Positions 17,298 to 23,444 of a DNA stretch of 23,444 bases are shown here, in pieces; the first letter of the stretch is position 1, and every line of letters begins with the position of its first letter. The DNA lies in IMG/VR virus record IMGVR_UViG_3300045988_101337, positions 1-23,444 of that record; one strand, written 5' to 3'. This DNA is from a virus. Lineage: Duplodnaviria; Heunggongvirae; Uroviricota; Caudoviricetes. The translations under genes were made by a program, and so were the position numbers. The notes under the pieces were generated by a model. That model ran no database searches and was not told where the DNA came from. It worked only from the letters and a program-made list of their open reading frames with translations.

Positions 17298-17710
17298 TGA
17301 CTGTGCTGGTTGTGTTGTTATCGCTGGCGGTGGCGGGTCTGTTTCTGGCGAAGCATAAAAACGCCAGCCTGCGCACCTCACTGGACAGGGCAAACAACGT
17401 CGCCAGCGAGCAGCAGGCGACCATCACCATGCTGAAAAATCAGCTTCATGTTGCGCTCACCAGGGCAGACAAAAACGAGCTGGCGCAGGTGGCACTGCGT
17501 CAGGAGCTGGAGAACGCTGCGAAGCGTGAAGCACAGCGCGAGAAAACCATCACGAGGTTACTTAATGAAAACGAAGATTTTCGCCGCTGGTACGGTGCTG
17601 ACCTGCCTGATGCTGTGCGCCGGTTGCACCAGCGCACGGCCTGCACTGACGCCAGTGATTGTCCACAACGCCTGCCCGAAAGTGAGCCTTTGCCCGATGC
17701 CGGGCAGTGA
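17285..17710 (+). CDS. lysB: Rz-like inner-membrane spanin LysB (141 aa)
   Basis: 141-aa ORF, the same length as P2 LysB, with an N-terminal transmembrane segment (LMTVLVVLLSLAVAGLFLA) followed by a charged coiled-coil-like region. Confidence 0.82.
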   Translation: MSKLMTVLVVLLSLAVAGLFLAKHKNASLRTSLDRANNVASEQQATITMLKNQLHVALTRADKNELAQVALRQELENAAKREAQREKTITRLLNENEDFRRWYGADLPDAVRRLHQRTACTDASDCPQRLPESEPLPDAGQ

Positions 17711-17855
17711 CCCGCAGAAGAACGGCGATTTAAGTGCCGATATCCGGCAGCTTGAGAACGCGCTGGCACGCTGTGCCAGCCAGGTAAAAATGATTAAACA
17801 CTGTCAGGACGAAAATGATGCTCAAACCCGACAGCCTGCGCAGGGCGCTGACTGA
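17565..17855 (+). CDS. lysC: Rz1-like outer-membrane lipoprotein spanin LysC (96 aa), out of frame and overlapping the lysB 3' end; listed ORF 17448..17855 trimmed
   Basis: Starting at MKTKIFAAGTVLTCLMLCAGC gives 96 aa, the length of P2 LysC, with a signal peptide and lipobox (LCAGC). It begins inside lysB in another frame and extends into the start of R. Confidence 0.75.
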   Translation: MKTKIFAAGTVLTCLMLCAGCTSARPALTPVIVHNACPKVSLCPMPGSDPQKNGDLSADIRQLENALARCASQVKMIKHCQDENDAQTRQPAQGAD

Positions 17856-18285
17856 TGCCGTCACGGTGTTGAAAACCAGTCCAGAGATGCTGCGGATATT
17901 CGTGGATAACGGGAGTATTGCCTCCACGCTGGCGGCGTCGTTGTCATTCGAAAAGCGTTACACGCTCAATGTGATTGTGACCGACTTTACCGGTGATTTT
18001 GACCTGCTCATCGTGCCGGTGCTGGCGTGGCTACGGGAAAATCAGCCCGACATCATGACCACCGACGCAGGCCAGAAAAAGGGCTTCACGTTTTATGCAG
18101 ACATCAACAATGACAGCAGCTTTGATATCAGCATCAGCCTGATGCTGACTGAGCGCACGCTGGTCAGTGAGGTTGACGGCGCGCTGCATGTGAAGAATAT
18201 CCCGGAACCCCCGCCGCCGGAGCCGGTCACCCGCCCGATGGAGCTTTATATCAATGGCGAACTGGTGAGTAAGTGGGATGAATGA
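17815..18285 (+). CDS. R: Tail completion protein R (155-156 aa)
   Basis: ORF length matches P2 gpR (about 155 aa; the second Met at 17818 may be the true start). Syntenic, and its stop overlaps the S start. Confidence 0.85.
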   Translation: MMLKPDSLRRALTDAVTVLKTSPEMLRIFVDNGSIASTLAASLSFEKRYTLNVIVTDFTGDFDLLIVPVLAWLRENQPDIMTTDAGQKKGFTFYADINNDSSFDISISLMLTERTLVSEVDGALHVKNIPEPPPPEPVTRPMELYINGELVSKWDE

Positions 18286-18730
18286 GTTTAAGCGTTTTGA
18301 AGACCGGCTGACCGGACTTATTGAATCGCTGTCACCGTCAGGGCGTCGGCGACTGAGCGCCGAACTGGCGAAACGTCTGCGTCAGAATCAGCAGCGTCGG
18401 GTGATGGCACAGAAAGCCCCGGACGGCACACCCTATGCGCCACGCCAGCAGCAGAGCGCCAGAAAAAAGACCGGTCGCGTTAAGCGAAAAATGTTTGCGA
18501 AACTTATCACCAGTCGTTTTTTGCATATCCGCGCCAGCCCTGAACAGGCAGCAATGGAGTTTTACGGCGGGAAGTCGCCGAAAATCGCCAGTGTGCATCA
18601 GTTCGGTCTTTCGGAAGAAAACCGGAAAGACGGTAAGAAAATTGATTATCCGGCGCGTCCTCTGCTCGGCTTTACCGGTGAGGATGTGCAGATGATTGAA
18701 GAGATTATCCTGGCTCACCTCGACCGTTAG
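18278..18730 (+). CDS. S: Tail completion protein S (150 aa)
   Basis: 150-aa ORF, the same length as P2 gpS, in the syntenic position. Confidence 0.85.
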   Translation: MNEFKRFEDRLTGLIESLSPSGRRRLSAELAKRLRQNQQRRVMAQKAPDGTPYAPRQQQSARKKTGRVKRKMFAKLITSRFLHIRASPEQAAMEFYGGKSPKIASVHQFGLSEENRKDGKKIDYPARPLLGFTGEDVQMIEEIILAHLDR

Positions 18731-18796
18731 TTGTGCCATTCCCGACACCTCATCGTCACATTGCCGCCGGTATGACCCGGCGGCATCCTTCCCGTT

Positions 18797-19432
18797 ATGA
18801 ACACTCTCGCAAATATTCAGGAACTCGCGCGCGCACTGCGCAACATGATACGCACCGGCATTGTCGTCGAAACCGACCTTAACGCCGGTCGCTGCCGAGT
18901 GCAGACCGGCGGCATGTGCACCGACTGGCTTCAGTGGCTGACCCATCGCGCCGGACGTTCGCGCACATGGTGGGCACCTTCCGTGGGGGAACAGGTGCTG
19001 ATTCTGGCCGTGGGCGGTGAACTCGACACGGCGTTCGTTCTGCCGGGGATTTATTCCGGCGATAACCCTGCGCCGTCTGCGTCGGCTGATGCCCTGCATA
19101 TCCGTTTCCCTGACGGGGCGGTGATTGAGTATGAACCCGAAACCAGTGCACTCACGGCAAGCGGAATTAAAACGGCCAGCGTGACGGCTTCTGATTCTGT
19201 TACTGCCACGGTACCGGTGGTCACGGTGAAAGCGTCAACCCGTGTCACCCTGGACACACCGGAAGTGGTCTGCACTAACAAACTGACTACCGGCACGCTG
19301 GAAGTGCAGAGGGGCGGGACGATGCGCGGCAACATTGAACACACCGGCGGTGAACTCTCATCAAACGGTAAGGTACTGCATACCCACAAACACCCCGGCG
19401 ACAGCGGCGGCACAACCGGGAGTCCTTTATGA
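18797..19432 (+). CDS. V: Baseplate central spike protein (211 aa)
   Basis: 211-aa ORF, the same length as P2 gpV, first in the V-W-J-I baseplate operon. Confidence 0.9.
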   Translation: MNTLANIQELARALRNMIRTGIVVETDLNAGRCRVQTGGMCTDWLQWLTHRAGRSRTWWAPSVGEQVLILAVGGELDTAFVLPGIYSGDNPAPSASADALHIRFPDGAVIEYEPETSALTASGIKTASVTASDSVTATVPVVTVKASTRVTLDTPEVVCTNKLTTGTLEVQRGGTMRGNIEHTGGELSSNGKVLHTHKHPGDSGGTTGSPL

Positions 19433-19776
19433 CAGCGCGTTATCTCGGAATGAATCGCAGTGATGGCCTGACGGTCACTGACCTTGAGCATATCAGCCAG
19501 AGTATCGGCGATATCCTGCGCACACCGGTCGGCTCACGGGTGATGCGTCGTGATTACGGCTCGTTGCTGGCGTCAATGATTGACCAGCCGCAGACTCCGG
19601 CGCTTGAGTTGCAGATTAAGGTCGCCTGTTACATGGCAGTGCTGAAATGGGAACCCCGCGTCACCCTGTCATCCGTCACCACGGCGCGCAGTTTTGACGG
19701 GCGAATGACTGTCACGTTAACCGGCCAGCACAACGACACCGGCCAGTCACTTTCGTTAACCATCCCTGTGAGTTGA
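19429..19776 (+). CDS. W: Baseplate wedge protein W (gp25-like, 115 aa)
   Basis: 115-aa ORF, the same length as P2 gpW, translationally coupled to V (overlap at 19429-19432). Confidence 0.9.
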   Translation: MTARYLGMNRSDGLTVTDLEHISQSIGDILRTPVGSRVMRRDYGSLLASMIDQPQTPALELQIKVACYMAVLKWEPRVTLSSVTTARSFDGRMTVTLTGQHNDTGQSLSLTIPVS

Positions 19777-19780
19777 AACC

Positions 19781-20689
19781 ATGCCGATTATCGACCTGAA
19801 CCAGCTACCCGCACCGGATGTGGTCGAGGAGCTGGACTTTGAAACCATTCTCGCTGAACGCAAGGCGACACTGATTTCCCTTTACCCGGAAGACCAGCAG
19901 GAGGCGGTCGCCCGTACCCTGACGCTGGAATCCGAGCCTCTCGTCAAACTGCTGGAGGAAAATGCTTATCGTGAGCTTATCTGGCGTCAGCGTGTGAATG
20001 AGGCCGCACGGGCGGTAATGCTGGCCTGTGCCGCCGGTAATGACCTTGATGTGATTGGTGCCAATTACAACACCACGCGCCTGATTATCACCCCGGCAGA
20101 TGATTCGACCATCCCGCCGACACCGGCAGTGATGGAGTCTGACACTGATTATCGTCTGCGTATTCAGCAGGCGTTTGAGGGCTTAAGCGTCGCCGGGTCG
20201 GTGGGAGCCTATCAGTATCATGGTCGCAGTGCTGACGGGCGTGTCGCGGATATCTCTGTCACCAGTCCGTCTCCGGCCTGTGTCACTATCTCTGTGCTGT
20301 CACGTGAAAATAACGGTGTCGCATCCGAAGACCTGCTGGCTGTGGTACGTAACGCCCTTAATGACGAGGACGTCAGGCCGGTGGCCGACCGCGTGACCGT
20401 GCAGTCTGCTGCCATCGTTGAATACCAGATAAACGCCACGCTTTACCTTTACCCTGGTCCCGAAAGCGAACCCATTCGCGCTGCCGCCGTGAAAAAACTG
20501 GAAGCGTATATCACGGCACAGCACCGGCTGGGGCGCGACATCCGTCTGTCTGCCATTTATGCCGCTTTGCATGTGGAAGGCGTGCAGCGTGTCGAACTGG
20601 CTGCACCGCTGGCCGACATCGTGCTCAACAATACGCAGGCGTCTTTCTGTACCGAATACAGCGTCGTGACCGGAGGCTCGGATGAGTGA
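19781..20689 (+). CDS. J: Baseplate wedge protein J (302 aa)
   Basis: 302-aa ORF, the same length as P2 gpJ, in the syntenic position. Confidence 0.9.
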   Translation: MPIIDLNQLPAPDVVEELDFETILAERKATLISLYPEDQQEAVARTLTLESEPLVKLLEENAYRELIWRQRVNEAARAVMLACAAGNDLDVIGANYNTTRLIITPADDSTIPPTPAVMESDTDYRLRIQQAFEGLSVAGSVGAYQYHGRSADGRVADISVTSPSPACVTISVLSRENNGVASEDLLAVVRNALNDEDVRPVADRVTVQSAAIVEYQINATLYLYPGPESEPIRAAAVKKLEAYITAQHRLGRDIRLSAIYAALHVEGVQRVELAAPLADIVLNNTQASFCTEYSVVTGGSDE

Positions 20690-21212
20690 TTCGCGACTGC
20701 TGCCGACCGGCTCATCACCGCTTGAAGTCGCCGCCGCAAAAGCCTGTGCGGAAATTGAAAAAACGCCGGTCAGTATTCGTGAGCTGTGGAACCCGGACAC
20801 CTGCCCGGCAAATCTGCTGCCGTGGCTGGCGTGGGCCTTTTCGGTCGACAGGTGGGATGAAAAGTGGCCGGAAGCGACAAAACGCGCCGTTATCCGCGAT
20901 GCCTATTTCATCCACTGTCATAAAGGCACTATAGGTGCAATCCGGCGTGTGGTGGAGCCGCTGGGCTATCTCATCAACGTGACGGAGTGGTGGGAAAACA
21001 GTGACCCGCCAGGCACCTTCCGGCTTGATATTGGTGTACTGGAAAGCGGCATCACAGAGGCAATGTATCAGGAAATGGAACGGCTTATTGCTGATGCCAA
21101 ACCTGCAAGCCGTCATCTTATTGGCCTGAACATTACCCGGGACATTCCCGGCTACCTGTTCGCCGGTGGTGTGGCTTACGACGGCGATGTAATTACGGTT
21201 TACCCCGGATAA
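20682..21212 (+). CDS. I: Baseplate wedge protein I (176 aa)
   Basis: 176-aa ORF, the same length as P2 gpI, overlapping the J stop. Confidence 0.9.
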   Translation: MSDSRLLPTGSSPLEVAAAKACAEIEKTPVSIRELWNPDTCPANLLPWLAWAFSVDRWDEKWPEATKRAVIRDAYFIHCHKGTIGAIRRVVEPLGYLINVTEWWENSDPPGTFRLDIGVLESGITEAMYQEMERLIADAKPASRHLIGLNITRDIPGYLFAGGVAYDGDVITVYPG

Positions 21213-21222
21213 GTGAGGAATA

Positions 21223-23444
21223 ATGAGCACAAAATTCAAAACCGTTATCACCACTGCCGGTGCAGCAAAGCTGGCAGCGGCAACCGCACCGGGAGGGCGG
21301 AAGGTCAACATTACCACGATGGCCGTCGGGGATGGCGGTGGTAAATTGCCTGTCCCGGATGCCGGACAGACCGGGCTTATCCACGAAGTCTGGCGACATG
21401 CGCTGAACAAAATCAGCCAGGACAAACGAAACAGTAATTATATTATCGCAGAGCTGGTTATTCCGCCGGAGGTGGGCGGTTTCTGGATGCGTGAGCTTGG
21501 CCTGTACGATGATGCGGGAACGTTAATTGCCGTGGCGAACATGGCCGAAAGTTATAAACCCGCACTTGCCGAAGGCTCAGGGCGTTCGCAGACCTGCCGC
21601 ATGGTCATCATCGTCAGCAGTGTGGCCTCAGTGGAGCTGACCATTGACACCACAACGGTGATGGCGACGCAGGATTACGTTGATGACAAAATTGCAGAGC
21701 ACGAACAGTCACGACGTCACACGGACGCCTCGCTGACCGCAAAAGGTTTTACTCAGTTAAGCAGTGCGACCAACAGCACGTCTGAAACACTGGCCGCAAC
21801 GCCGAAAGCGGTAAAGGCCGCGTATGACCTTGCTAACGGGAAATATACCGCACAGGACGCCACCATAGCGCGAAAAGGCCTTGTCCAGCTCAGTAGTGCC
21901 ACCAACAGCACGTCTGAAACGCTCGCCGCAACGCCGAAAGCGGTAAAGGCAGCATATGACCTTGCTAACGGGAAATACACTGCACAGGACGCCACCACAA
22001 CGCGAAAAGGCCTTGTTCAGCTCAGTAGCGCCACCAACAGTGATTCTGAAACGCTTGCGGCAACGCTAAAGGCGGTAAAGGCTGCGTATGACCTTGCTAA
22101 CGGGAAATACACTGCACAGGATGCCACCACCGCGCGAAAAGGTCTTGTCCAGCTAAGTAGCGCCACCAACAGTGATTCTGAAACACTGGCCGCAACACCA
22201 AAAGCGGTGAAGTCTGCCTATGACAATGCTGAAAAACGTCTTCAGAAAGATCAGAATGGTGCGGATATTCCGGGAAAGGATACCTTCACGAAAAATATCG
22301 GTGCCTGTCGTGCTTATAGCGGCGCTTTGAGTACTGAAGCCGGAAACTGGACAACCGCTCAGTTTATTGAATGGCTGGATTCCCGTGGTGCATTTAATCA
22401 TCCGTACTGGATGTGCAAAGGCTCCTGGTCATATGCAAATAACAAAATCATTACGGATACCGGATGTGGTGATATCCACCTGGCTGGTTGTGTCGTCGAG
22501 GTCATGGGAATTAAATCTGCAATCACTATCCGAGTGACCACGCCGACAACATCAAGTGGTGGCGGTACAACCAGCGCGCAATTCACTTACATTAATCATG
22601 GGGACGGCTACTCCCCCGGCTGGCGTCGTGACTGGAATCGTCAGGGCGACGAAATGACCGGAACGATTAATCAGGACGGCGGTAGCCAGAATGCCTATAT
22701 GTCTACGGCCTTATGTTCAGGCACCAGAGGCGGCAAAAAATATCTCAGAAAGTTTCGTGGTGGAGAAGGAGACACTGTCTGGCATGAAACAGTACAGGGC
22801 GGGGTAGTTCGCTGGGCGACTGGTAATACTGATGCTCAGGAAGAATTATCACTCAGCTCCGCTTATGGTCTCCGTTCAAGAGGTGAGATTACATCACTCA
22901 GTGCTAATGGTCTGCGCATTGCTTATGGCAATTATGGATTCTTTATCAGGAATGATGGCGGCAGCACATATTTAATGCTGACGGCCTCTGGCGATAAATT
23001 TGGGACATGGAACGGTTTAAGGCCGCTGACTATCAATAACGCCAATGGCGGAGTGTCAATGGGGCATGGCCTGAGTGTTACAGGTGATATTGTCTCAAGT
23101 ACCAAAGTACGTGCCGGTAGCGGGAAAAAGTTCACGGTCAGCAGCAGCAATACATCCACGAAGGAAGCCGCATTCAATTTGTGGGGAAACTCAAGTCGTC
23201 CGGTGGTGGCTGAATTAGGTGATGATGCAGGCTGGCATTTTTACAGTCAGAGAAATACAGATAACAGCATCACTTTTGCTGTTAACGGGCAGGTATCACC
23301 ATCTAACTATAGTAATTTTGATTCACGCTATGTCCGGGATATCCGGCTTGGTGGTGCTGCCACATACAAACCTGCGAACAATGGCATGACATGGACACAT
23401 CAGGCACCGTCCGGGTGTGTATATTCCGGCATTATTGTTCAGGA
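21223..23444 (+). CDS. H: Tail fibre protein H (partial; continues beyond the 3' end of the window)
   Basis: ATG at 21223 follows a GTGAGGAATA RBS. The open frame runs uninterrupted to the window end (over 740 codons). The N-terminus (MSTKFKTVITTAGAAKLAAATAPG) and the repeat motif are P2 H-like from memory. Minus-strand ORFs in this span are frame shadows. Confidence 0.9.
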   Translation, partial: MSTKFKTVITTAGAAKLAAATAPGGRKVNITTMAVGDGGGKLPVPDAGQTGLIHEVWRHALNKISQDKRNSNYIIAELVIPPEVGGFWMRELGLYDDAGTLIAVANMAESYKPALAEGSGRSQTCRMVIIVSSVASVELTIDTTTVMATQDYVDDKIAEHEQSRRHTDASLTAKGFTQLSSATNSTSETLAATPKAVKAAYDLANGKYTAQDATIARKGLVQLSSATNSTSETLAATPKAVKAAYDLANGKYTAQDATTTRKGLVQLSSATNSDSETLAATLKAVKAAYDLANGKYTAQDATTARKGLVQLSSATNSDSETLAATPKAVKSAYDNAEKRLQKDQNGADIPGKDTFTKNIGACRAYSGALSTEAGNWTTAQFIEWLDSRGAFNHPYWMCKGSWSYANNKIITDTGCGDIHLAGCVVEVMGIKSAITIRVTTPTTSSGGGTTSAQFTYINHGDGYSPGWRRDWNRQGDEMTGTINQDGGSQNAYMSTALCSGTRGGKKYLRKFRGGEGDTVWHETVQGGVVRWATGNTDAQEELSLSSAYGLRSRGEITSLSANGLRIAYGNYGFFIRNDGGSTYLMLTASGDKFGTWNGLRPLTINNANGGVSMGHGLSVTGDIVSSTKVRAGSGKKFTVSSSNTSTKEAAFNLWGNSSRPVVAELGDDAGWHFYSQRNTDNSITFAVNGQVSPSNYSNFDSRYVRDIRLGGAATYKPANNGMTWTHQAPSGCVYSGIIVQ
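21739..22230 (+). repeat. Four in-frame tandem repeats of 132 bp (44 aa) inside tail fibre gene H; the last copy is partial
   Basis: Copies begin at 21739, 21871, 22003 and 22135. The protein unit is RKGLVQLSSATNS(T/D)SETLAATPKAVKAAYDLANGKYTAQDATT. Copies differ at synonymous sites. The internally duplicated minus-strand ORF 21753..21998 is a by-product of this repeat. Confidence 0.85.

Noticed and set aside
12889-21425. Antisense ORFs within the head, lysis and baseplate operons (for example 12889..13440, 14667..15266, 15558..16004, 16890..17393, 18338..19099, 19051..19491, 20300..20800, 20715..21425)
   Set aside because: Same reasoning. Each is fully overlapped by a syntenic, length-matched P2-type gene on the plus strand.
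21753-21998. Minus-strand 81-aa ORF with a perfect internal duplication
   Set aside because: The duplication is the antisense image of the 132-bp tandem repeats in H and is not an independent gene.
22153-23177. Three short minus-strand ORFs inside H
   Set aside because: They are embedded in the continuous H reading frame and are treated as frame shadows.

Overview
The window is the left ~22.5 kb of a P2-family (Peduovirus-like) prophage in an enterobacterial chromosome, running from host flank (a yegR-like lipoprotein gene) through attL into the partial tail-fibre gene H. Gene order and ORF lengths follow the P2 map almost gene for gene: int, C, cox, B, four small ORFs, A, then cos, Q, P, O, N, M, L, X, Y, K, lysA, lysB/lysC, R, S, V, W, J, I, H. 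The exception is the interval between A and cos (about 6927-9300), where P2 carries orf91, tin and old. Here it holds a visibly AT-rich insert of three uncharacterised genes: a small DUF2158/YodC-like ORF, a 226-aa ORF, and a convergent 313-aa ORF with an RNxxxH (HEPN-like) motif. I consider this the best candidate for an undescribed anti-phage or abortive-infection system in the window, but I cannot name a family and the domain calls are motif-level only. Other points of interest are the attL core, the cos site, four diverged 132-bp tandem repeats in H, and the embedded lysC gene. All identifications rest on reading the sequence against recalled P2 biology; no database search was run.
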